The notes: generated from the letters alone by a model not told the origin. A stretch of 64,000 nt of DNA from Alphaproteobacteria bacterium (GCA_002722515.1 PBMH01000019.1:25523-89522); one strand, 5' to 3'. Shown: positions 41,741 to 51,755, numbered from the stretch's first letter. Numbers and translations are program-made.

Positions 41741-42742
41741 CTAGTTGCGCACCCGCTCGCGTTTTCCACTTTTGGACGACTTCACCAAGGCCTCAAGCAC
41801 AGCAACGTTTCCGATCCGCTCGACATCCGTAAACGGATACTCCTTCTTTCCGGAGACCGCGTCGGCCCAAGCCTCGAAGTTCATCTTCACAGTATCGCGC
41901 GGCTTGTATGTCCGGCTGGTGCGCTTGCCACCTGATATGCTAACGGTCATGTGGGTGTCGTCCCAATCTTCGGGGTGCGCAGTGTCGACGATTTCGGCCC
42001 ACCCCGTGCTGCCGAACACCGCAAAGCGCGCATAATAAGGGGTCTTGGAGACAACATTGATTGTACCCAGAGTTCTGTCCTTAAACTGAAACTGGGCAGT
42101 GACCACGTCGCCCGAGGGCAGCTTCAGGACCCGGCGGTCTGACGCTGCATTGACCCACTGGATCGGCCCAAACAGACTGATCATAAAGTCAGTTAGGTGC
42201 ACGCCCATGCCTGTCCAGCCGGCCGCAGGCGCGTCTTTCGGATTACCGCGCCAGTTATCCTGTTTCAGCGGCGTAAACTTATCGTGCGAGTTGTTGGCCT
42301 CAACGGCAATTATTGTGCCAAGCTCTTTTTTGCGGACAATCTCAGCGAGCCTCATCCAAGCCGGTTCATAGCGACGCTCGTGGCCGAGGCCGAGGATCAG
42401 GCCCCTATCGCGGCAAGCCTTGACCATCTTCTTAGCGCTGGCCGAGGTAAGAGATAGCGGCTTCTCACAGAAGATCTGCTTGTTCGCCCGGGCCGCCAGC
42501 ATGAGCAATGCCTCATGAGTGGTGTGTGGCGTCGTCAGGATCACGCCCTCGACGTTGGGGTCCTTGAGCGCATCGGCATAGTCGGTCGTCAGCGGAGCGC
42601 CATACTCCTTGGCGAGTCTGCGAGACGCAGCCGTGGGCTTTACTTCGACAACACGCACGACGCGTATCTTGCGGCTCTTGTCCAGAGTCTTGACGACATG
42701 GCTGCCCCACCAGCCCAGCCCGACAACGGCTACGTTCAACAT
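41741..42742 (-). CDS. Gfo/Idh/MocA family oxidoreductase
   Basis: N-terminal Rossmann VAVVGLGWWGSHV and EKP motif. Confidence 0.85.
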   Translation of the reverse strand: MLNVAVVGLGWWGSHVVKTLDKSRKIRVVRVVEVKPTAASRRLAKEYGAPLTTDYADALKDPNVEGVILTTPHTTHEALLMLAARANKQIFCEKPLSLTSASAKKMVKACRDRGLILGLGHERRYEPAWMRLAEIVRKKELGTIIAVEANNSHDKFTPLKQDNWRGNPKDAPAAGWTGMGVHLTDFMISLFGPIQWVNAASDRRVLKLPSGDVVTAQFQFKDRTLGTINVVSKTPYYARFAVFGSTGWAEIVDTAHPEDWDDTHMTVSISGGKRTSRTYKPRDTVKMNFEAWADAVSGKKEYPFTDVERIGNVAVLEALVKSSKSGKRERVRN

Positions 42743-42879
42743 GCTGCTTCACTCCCGAATATTTGGTCACATATCTGCTCTCGTTGGAGCCGGTAGAACC
42801 TAGCATGGCGCCTATCGGCTCAAAAGCCGCTGCGCTATTCTCAAACTTGTTCATTTAGTGCACAAGTTAACGAGCCACC

Positions 42880-43305
42880 ATGTCAAAAATCACCCCCGAG
42901 GCGTTCAACGACTTGACCGACCGCGAGCTGCCGATCGCCGCCAATTGCGGCTTCCGGGCCGAGGAGATCGGCGACGGTGCCGCGCGCGTCCGAGCCCCTT
43001 TCAGCGCATACTTAACCCGACCCGGCGGCACCATCAGCGGGCCGGTGATGATGGCGCTGACCGATTTCGGCATGTATGCAGCCCTGATGGGTGCGATCGG
43101 CCCGGTCGAGCTCGCTGTTACCACCAACCTGAACATCAATTTTCTGCGCCTCCCCGCGCCGGTCGATGTGATCGCGCACTGCAGTGTTATCAAGCTTGGA
43201 CGCCGGCTCGCGGTCATCGAGGTCACGTTGTACTCCGAGGGTGACAGCGCGCCCATCGCCCACGCCACCGGCACCTACTCGATACCGCCAGAGACTGGGC
43301 GTTAG
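42880..43305 (+). CDS. PaaI-family hotdog-fold thioesterase
   Basis: 141 aa; hotdog thioesterase pattern similar to PaaI/4HBT class II. Confidence 0.75.
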   Translation: MSKITPEAFNDLTDRELPIAANCGFRAEEIGDGAARVRAPFSAYLTRPGGTISGPVMMALTDFGMYAALMGAIGPVELAVTTNLNINFLRLPAPVDVIAHCSVIKLGRRLAVIEVTLYSEGDSAPIAHATGTYSIPPETGR

Positions 43306-43409
43306 TGGTACAAAACCCGTGCGCGGGCCCAACTGGACAAGCCCCGGACCGACTGATACGAGTCCGGCAAGAAACTGTTCACCAACAAAAATCTCAAAGG
43401 AGAGATCTT

Positions 43410-44384
43410 GTGGCTGATAGCACGATCTTCGCCGTCGCAGACTCGCCGTTCCCCTCGCTGGAACCCGTCGAAACCGTCCTCGCAAGCTTGAACCCGTCCA
43501 TCAATATGGCCGCGGATACATCCGAGGACGCCATCATCGAGGTGGCCAAGGGTGCCAACGCGCTGTTCGTGACCTACGCCCAGATCACCGCAAAGGTTAT
43601 CGACTCCCTCGACGGTTGCGGTGCGATCGGTCGTTTCGGCATCGGGCTAGACAATATCGACCTCGACGCCGCCACGGCAGCAGGAATCCCGGTGGTCTAC
43701 GCCCCGCAATATTGTCTCGACGAAGTCTCGGATCACACGATGGCGCTTCTGCTGACCGCCGCCCGAAAGACCGCGCTGGCCGACAAGCTGGTCAAGAAGG
43801 GCCGCTGGGAGATGCCGGCCGTCGCGCCGATCATGCGCTTCCGCGGCAAGACCATGGGCCTCGTCGGCTTCGGCAACATCGCACAGCTGGTGGCCCAGAA
43901 GGCGCAAGCCTTCGGCATTAACGTCATTTCCTCCGATCCCTTTGTGAAACCGGAAATCGCCGAAGCGAAGGGCGTTGAGCTGGTCGATTTCGATGCGCTT
44001 CTCGAGCGGTCCGACTACGTGTCCGTTCACGCGCCACTCACGCCGGCGACGGAGAACATGTTCTCCACCGAGGCGTTTGCGAAGATGAAGAGTAGCGCCT
44101 TCATCGTGAACACGGCACGCGGCGGCCTAATCGACACTGCAGCCCTCGTTGCGGCGCTCGACGCCGGAGAAATCGCCGGCGCCGGCCTCGACGTGCTGCC
44201 CCAGGAACCGCCCGCCGAAGACGACCCTATCCTCAACCGCGACAATGTGGTGATAAACCCACACACCTCCTTCTACTCGGAAGATGCGTTGCTCGATCTG
44301 CAGACAACCGTTGCGGGCGACGTGCTGACGGTACTGAACGGCGAGCAGCCGAAATGGCCAGCCAACCCGGATGTCTTCAAATAG
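43410..44384 (+). CDS. D-isomer-specific 2-hydroxyacid dehydrogenase (CtBP/PGDH-like)
   Basis: GxGxIG NAD-binding motif (GLVGFGNIAQ) and catalytic R/E/H region. GTG start with AAGGAGAG RBS at 43397. Confidence 0.85.
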   Translation: MADSTIFAVADSPFPSLEPVETVLASLNPSINMAADTSEDAIIEVAKGANALFVTYAQITAKVIDSLDGCGAIGRFGIGLDNIDLDAATAAGIPVVYAPQYCLDEVSDHTMALLLTAARKTALADKLVKKGRWEMPAVAPIMRFRGKTMGLVGFGNIAQLVAQKAQAFGINVISSDPFVKPEIAEAKGVELVDFDALLERSDYVSVHAPLTPATENMFSTEAFAKMKSSAFIVNTARGGLIDTAALVAALDAGEIAGAGLDVLPQEPPAEDDPILNRDNVVINPHTSFYSEDALLDLQTTVAGDVLTVLNGEQPKWPANPDVFK

Positions 44385-44452
44385 ACCGGACCAAGCAGGC
44401 CAGACTAATCCGGCCGGCGCGAACCGCCGGCGATAGCCAGGGAGACAAAGCC

Positions 44453-45457
44453 ATGCGCGCTATGGTGCTCACAGAACCTAATTTGGTCGAACAGCAGGAC
44501 ATTCCCGAACCCTCGACAGATCAGGGCGAGGCCCTGGTGCGCGTGTCCAGCTCGGGAATTTGCGGGACCGACCTCAAAATTCTCAACGGCGGCATCCCGG
44601 CACCCAAGCCGATCGTCATGGGGCATGAGATGGTTGGCGAGTTGGTTAATGACGCGACCGACGCCAAGGTGGGCCAGCGCGTGCTGGTCGACCCGGTCTA
44701 TCATTGCGGCACCTGTCACGCCTGCCTGCACAATCAACAGCATATATGCACGCGCGGCGGCCTGATCGGACGCGACATCAATGGCGGCTTTGCCGATTTG
44801 GTGGCCGTGCCCCCGGCCAATTGCTACGTGGTTCCCGACGAGATCGCCAACCATGAAGTCCCCCTGATCCAGGTGCTCACCACCTGCATGCACGGCCATC
44901 GCATGGCGGAAATCTTCCCCGGCGATGTCGTGGTCGTGTTAGGCCTCGGGGTTACCGGCCAGCTCCATGTGCAGCTGGCCAAGGCGCGCGGCGCCACGGT
45001 CATCGGCATCACGCGCTCGCAATGGAAGCTCGACCTGGCCAAGTCACTGGGGGCCGACTACACCTTCGCCCCCTCCGACGATATCAAGGACAAGATCCTC
45101 GAGGTCAGCAAGGGTGATGGCGCAGACCTAGTCATCGAATCGGCCGGCAAGGTCCTGACCCTCGGCCAAGCCTTCGACATGGTTCGCACCGGCGGCGCGA
45201 TCATGCCGTTCGGCATCTACACAGAGACGAAGGCCGAACTACCCTTCTACCAATTCTATTTTAAGGAAATTCAGATCCTCAACGCGCGCGCGTCAAAGGG
45301 CCAAGATTTCGTCGCCTCGATGGATTTGGTAAAGCGCGGCGTGGTCAAGCTCGATCCGATGATCAGCGACCGCGAACCGCTGGAGAATCTCTCCGGCGCG
45401 CTGGACATGCTGACCAGCGAAGCCAAGGGCCGCATGAAAATAATCATGAATCACTGA
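44453..45457 (+). CDS. zinc-dependent alcohol dehydrogenase (sorbitol/threonine dehydrogenase-like MDR)
   Basis: GHE zinc ligands, structural-zinc Cys cluster (CGTCHAC) and GLGVTG NAD motif; AGGGAGAC RBS. Confidence 0.85.
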   Translation: MRAMVLTEPNLVEQQDIPEPSTDQGEALVRVSSSGICGTDLKILNGGIPAPKPIVMGHEMVGELVNDATDAKVGQRVLVDPVYHCGTCHACLHNQQHICTRGGLIGRDINGGFADLVAVPPANCYVVPDEIANHEVPLIQVLTTCMHGHRMAEIFPGDVVVVLGLGVTGQLHVQLAKARGATVIGITRSQWKLDLAKSLGADYTFAPSDDIKDKILEVSKGDGADLVIESAGKVLTLGQAFDMVRTGGAIMPFGIYTETKAELPFYQFYFKEIQILNARASKGQDFVASMDLVKRGVVKLDPMISDREPLENLSGALDMLTSEAKGRMKIIMNH

Positions 45458-45463
45458 GGTCGA

Positions 45464-46915
45464 TCACCCCCGAGAGCGCAGCTCCCCTGGATGCATCATC
45501 GGCATCGGCTGCTTCTCGTTCAGTTCTGGCTTCAGCCAGCGCACGATCCCCGCGACGCCGTCGACCCCGACTGTGGACCCATCGGGAATCTGCTGGGTTG
45601 CGCCGGCCACACCTAACACCATCGGGATACCGCGTTCGCGGCCCAAAGACGCAAGATGCGACGTGCTGCCACCGAGTTCAGCGACGATCGCCGACACGCG
45701 CGGTAGAATGCCGACTAGGGCAGGCCCGGCTACATTGGTCACCAGCACGTCGCCGTGGTTCAGGCGCGAAATCTCGCACTCACAGTTGATCACGCAGGCC
45801 CGGCCCGAGCCCCAGCCCATGCCGCCCGGGTGGCCGCGCAAACCCGGCCGGCCGCGCCAGACTTCATCCAACGCGATCGGTTCCTCGACATGCAGCGGGC
45901 GCGCCTGGAGCATCTTGATACCCGCTTTGTCCTTCGCCCACTCGACCTCGACCGAGAGCCCCATCATTTCCTCGGCCACCTTCATGTAGCGGGCGAGTTC
46001 ATGGACTTCGTCCGTGGTCAAGCACTGACGACGCGGTTCCACTTCCTTCTTCGGTTCGTGAGCATGCATATCACCGTGGCTGTGGTCGTGGTAATGGCTT
46101 TGATTATGCGCATGGTCATGATCGTATTCGTGGCCCTGAGCCCGGGTCGCCATCGGGTTCTCGGGCGGTGCCTGATGGGTGTGGCAGTAGGCGCTGTGTT
46201 CAAAATCCTGACCGCCGACCGCCTCGATCAGCTTACCTTCTGGCGTCAGATCGTAGCGGTCAGGCACCACTTCGCCTTGGGCCAGCGCTTCGCCGAGACC
46301 CCAGGTAGCGCTCACGGACATCCCGCCATCGGCAGTCTGGCTCAAGCCGCCGCCCGATGCCTCGGCCTCGATCAGCGGCTGGACCAGCACCGACATGGCC
46401 GTGTCGACCGCGCTGATCTCCTTGTCCTCCATGTAGCGCATAGCCTGGGGCGACCAGAGCGCTCCCCAGCAAGCACGCACGGCCGTCAGGAAGTCGTCCT
46501 CGCCTTCGATACCCAAGAAGGTCTGGAACTGACCGGCGAAGGATGATCCCTCAGTGTCCTCCATCAGCGACGATGAGCGCACGGCGAGACGCATGCCGGT
46601 CTCGCCGGTTAACGTGCGATACGCATCGAGCAGCTCGGCCTGAATATCCTCGGCGATGGGTTCGGAAAACAAACCGATTCGCACATCGGCAATGGGGCCG
46701 CGCGAATCCATGAAGGGCAAGCTCACCGCCTGTTCCGCGGCCTTGACCAAGCCGAGTTCTTCAAGTTGATGGAAATAGGCGTCCGCCCCGAGCACGAACC
46801 CACCCGGCGTCGGCAGGCCGGCATGACCCAGTGCCGCCTGGTTAGCGGCCTTCGGTCCGAACCGTTCCGCGTCTGTCGCCGCCTCGTCGCCCAGCGCTAG
46901 CACGAACTTCGCCAT
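45464..46915 (-). CDS. PEP-synthase-like two-domain phosphotransferase (PPDK_N ATP-grasp + PEP-utilising phospho-His swivel domain) with a His-rich linker
   Basis: N-terminal pyruvate-phosphate-dikinase-type nucleotide-binding domain; C-terminal GGSTSHLASLGRERGIP mobile-domain motif; no PEP-binding TIM barrel. Linker is ...HEYDHDHAHNQSHYHDHSHGDMHAHE... Confidence 0.7.
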   Translation of the reverse strand: MAKFVLALGDEAATDAERFGPKAANQAALGHAGLPTPGGFVLGADAYFHQLEELGLVKAAEQAVSLPFMDSRGPIADVRIGLFSEPIAEDIQAELLDAYRTLTGETGMRLAVRSSSLMEDTEGSSFAGQFQTFLGIEGEDDFLTAVRACWGALWSPQAMRYMEDKEISAVDTAMSVLVQPLIEAEASGGGLSQTADGGMSVSATWGLGEALAQGEVVPDRYDLTPEGKLIEAVGGQDFEHSAYCHTHQAPPENPMATRAQGHEYDHDHAHNQSHYHDHSHGDMHAHEPKKEVEPRRQCLTTDEVHELARYMKVAEEMMGLSVEVEWAKDKAGIKMLQARPLHVEEPIALDEVWRGRPGLRGHPGGMGWGSGRACVINCECEISRLNHGDVLVTNVAGPALVGILPRVSAIVAELGGSTSHLASLGRERGIPMVLGVAGATQQIPDGSTVGVDGVAGIVRWLKPELNEKQPMPMMHPGELRSRG

Positions 46916-46967
46916 ATTCGTCTACCTCAATGTCGCGGACCGTCTCTATAAATCGATCCATCTAGAA

Positions 46968-47000
46968 GTTCGGCCGGACGATCATGCCGTCCGGCCGAAC
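46968..47000 (-). terminator. 13-bp perfect hairpin (GTTCGGCCGGACG-ATCATG-CGTCCGGCCGAAC) between the M24 gene and the PEP-synthase-like gene
   Basis: Perfect inverted repeat directly after the M24 stop; the 3' tail is only weakly T-rich. Confidence 0.4.
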
Positions 47001-47047
47001 CTAATTCAAATTGTAAAACTTCGCGCGGAAGCTTGATAACCGCAGAC

Positions 47048-48307
47048 TTAGTGCGGCATCGGATCCACAACCGTTATCTGGTTCACCGGGAAGTTGGTGA
47101 TGACCTCAGTCTCATCCGCATGGACGATCTGCATCTCCTCTATGCGAACGCCGAACTTGAACGGAATGCCATGCTGCGTCTCGAGCGCGAAAACCATACC
47201 TTCCTGGATCTCAATGGGGTGATCGAGTGACCAGATCCGCGAGATCACCGGCGGATCATACTGGGCGAGTCCCAGACCATGGCCCCAAAGGTTCGCAGCT
47301 GCCTGGTCTTCTTCCTCGTATCCCCAAGTTTCTTTTGCCGACGGCCATTTCAGCGCAATATCACGGGTGGTCGCGCCAACCTTGACCGCCTCCATCGAAG
47401 ACTGCAGCCAATCGAGCGCCTCGGCATAAACATCCTTCATTTCCTGAGTGGGCTCTCGGCCAACGCAATAGGTCCGATAGTAACAGGACTTGTAGCCGTT
47501 CCAGGTCAGTGCCGCCAAATCCATGAAGACGATGTCTCCCGGCTGGATGATGCGGTCACCGAAGTTGCGCCAGTTCGGCCACGTGTTTGGTCCCGACGAA
47601 ACGATGACGTCCTCGACATCTTCCATACCCGGAATATCATACAGGAATTTCATGATGTGCGCGGTCACTTGGTTCTCGGTGATACCCGGCTTCAGGAACT
47701 TCATGCACTCCCAGTGCGCAGCATCGCCGATCGCGCCAACGATACGAGCGCATTCCTGCTCGTCCTGGCTCTTGACCGCGCGTGCCTCCATCATCGGGGA
47801 CATGCCGTCGGCCCACTCGATTCCCTCTTCGGCAAAGTGGTTCATCATGTTGATGTCGACGAAATCAACACCCAGCTTCTCGCCGGCCACGCCGAAACGC
47901 GCCATCTCTTCCTTAATCGCATTGGTGAACTTGGTCACCTGTTGCTTCGAGGCTCCTCCGGCCGCACCCTTAATCCACGCGTAGGAATATCGAATGTTCT
48001 CGGGTGGAATCCATGGCGCATGCCGCTCCACTTGCATACCGATGTCACCTTGCTCGAATAAGACCGGGGCAGCATCACCGCACAACAGAGCGTAGCGAAG
48101 GCCCGGCTTGAGGCGGTTCCAGCCCGGCGTCAGCGTACCCGTAATGTAGCGGACATTTTCGTCATACATCACCAGCATGGCTCCAAGACCCGCCTTCTTC
48201 ATCATTTCGCGGGCCCGCTCGAGTCGATAGTTGCGCAGACGGTCCCAGTTGACCTTTTCCTGCCAATCAACCCCGGCAATTCCGAAGTTAGCCGTTCCGT
48301 ATCGCAT
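47048..48307 (-). CDS. M24 family metallohydrolase (creatinase/Xaa-Pro dipeptidase/ectoine-hydrolase-like)
   Basis: Creatinase-like N-domain plus pita-bread C-domain with His/Asp/Glu metal ligands. Confidence 0.8.
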   Translation of the reverse strand: MRYGTANFGIAGVDWQEKVNWDRLRNYRLERAREMMKKAGLGAMLVMYDENVRYITGTLTPGWNRLKPGLRYALLCGDAAPVLFEQGDIGMQVERHAPWIPPENIRYSYAWIKGAAGGASKQQVTKFTNAIKEEMARFGVAGEKLGVDFVDINMMNHFAEEGIEWADGMSPMMEARAVKSQDEQECARIVGAIGDAAHWECMKFLKPGITENQVTAHIMKFLYDIPGMEDVEDVIVSSGPNTWPNWRNFGDRIIQPGDIVFMDLAALTWNGYKSCYYRTYCVGREPTQEMKDVYAEALDWLQSSMEAVKVGATTRDIALKWPSAKETWGYEEEDQAAANLWGHGLGLAQYDPPVISRIWSLDHPIEIQEGMVFALETQHGIPFKFGVRIEEMQIVHADETEVITNFPVNQITVVDPMPH

Positions 48308-48489
48308 GTTTCACTCCTCGCATTTTCTATGCGTCAGGGTTTTTCATTCAGGCGCCCCGCTCCGTTGAGGCCACCTCAATCAAACGATCCAGGCGGGCGA
48401 AAGCGCGACTCGCCACAGATCATATCCGCAATAGTTCTGCAGTCAAAGGCAAGTATAAATAAAACGAGTAAGTTTCTTACTTTCGCCCA

Positions 48490-48526
48490 AAAAGTAAAAA
48501 CGTAACGTTATAACGTTTTTACTTTT
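48490..48526. repeat. AT-rich composite palindrome AAAAGTAAAAACGT-AACGTTATAACGTT-TTTACTTTT
   Basis: 14-bp perfect inverted arms flanking two tandem AACGTT palindromes, in an unusually AT-rich 219-bp spacer. Confidence 0.5.
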
Positions 48527-50248
48527 CTATTCGGGTGGAGCAGCCGGTACCTTCACCGGATCTGTAGAGAAAACAATTCTATCACCGTCGGCGCGGCTCA
48601 ACCTGGTCACCTTGCGCCAATCCTCATCGTTGGTGTCGGGATAGTCCACGCGATAATGCATGCCGCGACTTTCCGCCCGCTCCAGAGCAGCTGTAGAGAG
48701 GAGACGGCCTAGCAGAGCTAGGTTGCGTATCGAGAGAGCACTCTCGATTTCCTCACCACGACCCTTGCCGGTTTCGCGAGCCTCATCCGATAGACGCAAG
48801 TTCGGCAGATCCTCATTCTCAATACGTTCATACTCCGTTAGTGCCTCGCGCAGCGTCTTCTCCTCGCGGATCGGGCCCAGCTTCTCATGTGCGAGCATCC
48901 GGCAATGCATGCGCACATCACCCTGAAACGGACCTTCGGTGCGCTCCAGAAGCCGGGCGAGCCAGTCCCGCTCGGACTCAGGGATCACGTCGTTTCTTGC
49001 CGCCGTGATCAAAACCGGATCGGAGTCGACTAGTTCAGCCGCCTTGCGGCCTGCGCGGCGGCCAAAGGCAAGCGACGCGGCCAACGCCGAACCGCCGATG
49101 CGGTTACCGCCATGAATGCCACCTGCCGTTTCCCCCGCAGCAAACAGACCTGGGATCGAGCTCTGACCGTAGGTGTCAACGTCGAGACCACCCAACCAAG
49201 TATGGCTCCCGGGGGCCACTTCAAGCGGCGTCTGGGTAATATCGATCCCACGGTGCAGACAGGTCTTGTAAACGTGAGGGATTTGCTTCTGGATTGTCTC
49301 AATGGGAATTTCTGTAGCGTCCATGAAGATGCCGCCGGTAGAACCGGCCCGGCCCGCATGAATCTCCTTGGCCATTGCCAAAATGACCTCGGACCGGGAC
49401 GACTTCTCGGCAGTCTCGGGGAAGTATCGCTTCAGAAACTCTTCGCCTTCCTCGTTACGAAAGACGGCGCCAGCGTTGATAAAGCCGGTGGGGTGGGGGG
49501 CGAAGCCGAACAATTCTTCGGGCGAACAGCACATCGCCTGGAAGTCGATCATTTCGATCCCCAAGAGGTTAACACCCGCTCGAAAACCCATAACATAACC
49601 GTCGCCCGTCACCTGCGGTGGATTATCATTCACATAAAACAGTCCGCTGCCTCCGCCGGACGCTAATATTACCTGCTGGGCAGTATATGTAACCAGCTTG
49701 CCGTTTCGATAATCAACTCCCCAAGCGCCGACAACTCGACCGTCATGCTTCACCAAATCGACGATCGCCGTCAGCGAGTGCTTTTCGATACGGTCATCGC
49801 CGCGCAGGCGCCTGGACAGAACCTTAGTGACCATATTGCCGGTCGTATCATTGTGGTGGACAGCGCGCGCATGGGAGTGATTAGGGAACATCTTGAGATC
49901 GAGTTCACCATCGTCGCTGCGAATGAATTCGGCGCCCCAATCCTCAAGATCTTTAACAATCGCAACAATATCCTCACACCAAACCCGCGCCATTTCCGGG
50001 TCGATCAGTTCGCCGCCATATTTAAGAATATCAGCTAAGTGCTGGGCTGGGCTGTCGTCCTTACCCATCGCGGCAGCAAAGCCGCCGCGCGCCACGGTTG
50101 TCGTTCCGCTAGTCGCACGACCCTTGGTAACCTGGATTGTTTTGATTCCGACCGTGGCGCACTCAAACGCGGCCATAGTGGCCGCAGCACCGCCTCCGAC
50201 AATCAGAACGTCGGTCTCATAATTCTCAACCTCTATGGAAAGACTCAT
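48527..50248 (-). CDS. FAD-dependent flavoprotein of the fumarate reductase / succinate dehydrogenase / L-aspartate oxidase family
   Basis: N-terminal FAD dinucleotide motif VLIVGGGAAATMAAFE; FrdA-like capping and C-terminal helical domains; GGAG RBS before the ATG at 50248. Confidence 0.8.
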   Translation of the reverse strand: MSLSIEVENYETDVLIVGGGAAATMAAFECATVGIKTIQVTKGRATSGTTTVARGGFAAAMGKDDSPAQHLADILKYGGELIDPEMARVWCEDIVAIVKDLEDWGAEFIRSDDGELDLKMFPNHSHARAVHHNDTTGNMVTKVLSRRLRGDDRIEKHSLTAIVDLVKHDGRVVGAWGVDYRNGKLVTYTAQQVILASGGGSGLFYVNDNPPQVTGDGYVMGFRAGVNLLGIEMIDFQAMCCSPEELFGFAPHPTGFINAGAVFRNEEGEEFLKRYFPETAEKSSRSEVILAMAKEIHAGRAGSTGGIFMDATEIPIETIQKQIPHVYKTCLHRGIDITQTPLEVAPGSHTWLGGLDVDTYGQSSIPGLFAAGETAGGIHGGNRIGGSALAASLAFGRRAGRKAAELVDSDPVLITAARNDVIPESERDWLARLLERTEGPFQGDVRMHCRMLAHEKLGPIREEKTLREALTEYERIENEDLPNLRLSDEARETGKGRGEEIESALSIRNLALLGRLLSTAALERAESRGMHYRVDYPDTNDEDWRKVTRLSRADGDRIVFSTDPVKVPAAPPE

Positions 50249-50277
50249 TACGCTGCTCCAAATAAACGGGCACCGCC

Positions 50278-51528
50278 CTATGCGGTTCCGATGATTTCCA
50301 GGAAGGCCGCAACGCAAGCATCAGCAAAGGCGGCCTCATTAATATGGTTGGGAAGCTCCTCGACTGCACCGGTGCTCAGATTGGAAGCCAGTGCCCTTAT
50401 GAACGCCGCATCGGTTTCGGGTTGAGCCCACGCACCAATTTCATTATCCGACAAGTCATGGGTCCGTCGTTTGGTGTGCTCGCTGTAACCCTCGACCGGT
50501 ATTAGAACCCGCACTGGGCCCGTCGAGGCATTCAGCCGCCTGGCGAAGGCGCGGCCGAGCTCCTCCATCTCCCTAGCGTCTGTGCGCATCAAAAGATTCT
50601 GAGCATTGTACTGGAAAAACTCCCGCCCGCGATATCGCTCGGGAACCTGGCCTGTCCAGAAGTTCGAATGATCGATCGCGCCGGGCACCACAACCTGCGG
50701 TAACCCCATCGCGCCGGCACCGGTCAGCCGTTCGCCGCCGGCGTCGTAGACGCCGCCCACCACGAAGTCGGTGAGTTCATGTGTAGTGATATCTAGTACT
50801 CCAGCCAACTCACCCTCACGGGCTAGACGTTCCAGTGCCCGACCGCCAATACCCGAGGCATGAAACAAAATGACCTCGTAACCCTCAGCTTCAAGCAAGG
50901 ACTGCGCGCGGTCCACGCAGCCAGCCGTCCCGCCGAACGACGAGATCGCTACCAGGGGCGGATGCGTCTGGATTTTTTCGGCCTTACTCGCCCGGTTAAC
51001 GGCTGCGGCTGCAACGCCGACCGCAGCATTCTCCATCGCTGCCTTAGTAATTCGGTTGACCGCCACGTCACCGATCGAAGCATGCATGGCGATGTCCGCC
51101 TCGGCTACATACCATTGCACGGCTGCTGTCGCAGCAACTGCGCTAACCATCACCTTAGGCACGAGATAAGGCAGTGCGCGCATAATAGCACAGGCCATGG
51201 TCGTTCCATTAGCCCCGCCAAGGCCTATTGCACCGCCCAGTTGTCCCGCATCAAACCGTCCACGCACGACATTAATTGCGCCCGCAATCATCGCATCCGA
51301 CGCGGCGCGGCGATCCATCTTCTCCAGAGTCGCCCAGGTGCGGCCACCGGCATCGGCAACCTCATCGCCGCTCACATCGGACCCCTCACTGTCATGGGGC
51401 ATGAGGGAAAGATCGACAATCCACGGCATCGTGCCGGCATTTTTTAGGCAGGAGGCCACAAAGAACGCCTCTTCGGCCTTCGTGTCCATAGTAGCGAGTA
51501 TGACGATGGTCGGTTTAGGACCAGACAT
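50278..51528 (-). CDS. UPF0261 (Tm-1-like N-terminal domain) family protein
   Basis: 416 aa; TIVILATMDTKAEE N-terminus and overall pattern of the UPF0261/Tm-1-like family; 29 nt upstream of the flavoprotein gene. Confidence 0.65.
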   Translation of the reverse strand: MSGPKPTIVILATMDTKAEEAFFVASCLKNAGTMPWIVDLSLMPHDSEGSDVSGDEVADAGGRTWATLEKMDRRAASDAMIAGAINVVRGRFDAGQLGGAIGLGGANGTTMACAIMRALPYLVPKVMVSAVAATAAVQWYVAEADIAMHASIGDVAVNRITKAAMENAAVGVAAAAVNRASKAEKIQTHPPLVAISSFGGTAGCVDRAQSLLEAEGYEVILFHASGIGGRALERLAREGELAGVLDITTHELTDFVVGGVYDAGGERLTGAGAMGLPQVVVPGAIDHSNFWTGQVPERYRGREFFQYNAQNLLMRTDAREMEELGRAFARRLNASTGPVRVLIPVEGYSEHTKRRTHDLSDNEIGAWAQPETDAAFIRALASNLSTGAVEELPNHINEAAFADACVAAFLEIIGTA

Positions 51529-51755
51529 TACGAGCTGTCTCTTCGTAGTTGCTTTTTCCGGAAAGGGTTTATCACATGCTACAATCCTGATCGCGAGGCC
51601 GAACCGCTAAAAACTTGTGCCTCTTTTTCCCAGTCCTATATGCGGCCAGAGCCTATCCGAGCGACGATATTATCGGATGAGAAAGCCGCCCGAAAGATGC
51701 GCGGTACCCGACTGTATCTGATAGTCTAAGCCACTAATCAAGAATGAGGGTGACC

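Noticed and set aside
46055-46198. Repetitive CAT/GAC-rich DNA that looks like a short tandem repeat
   Set aside because: It is the in-frame coding sequence of the His/Asp-rich linker of the PEP-synthase-like protein. There is no repeat-spacer periodicity, so it is not a CRISPR array or VNTR.
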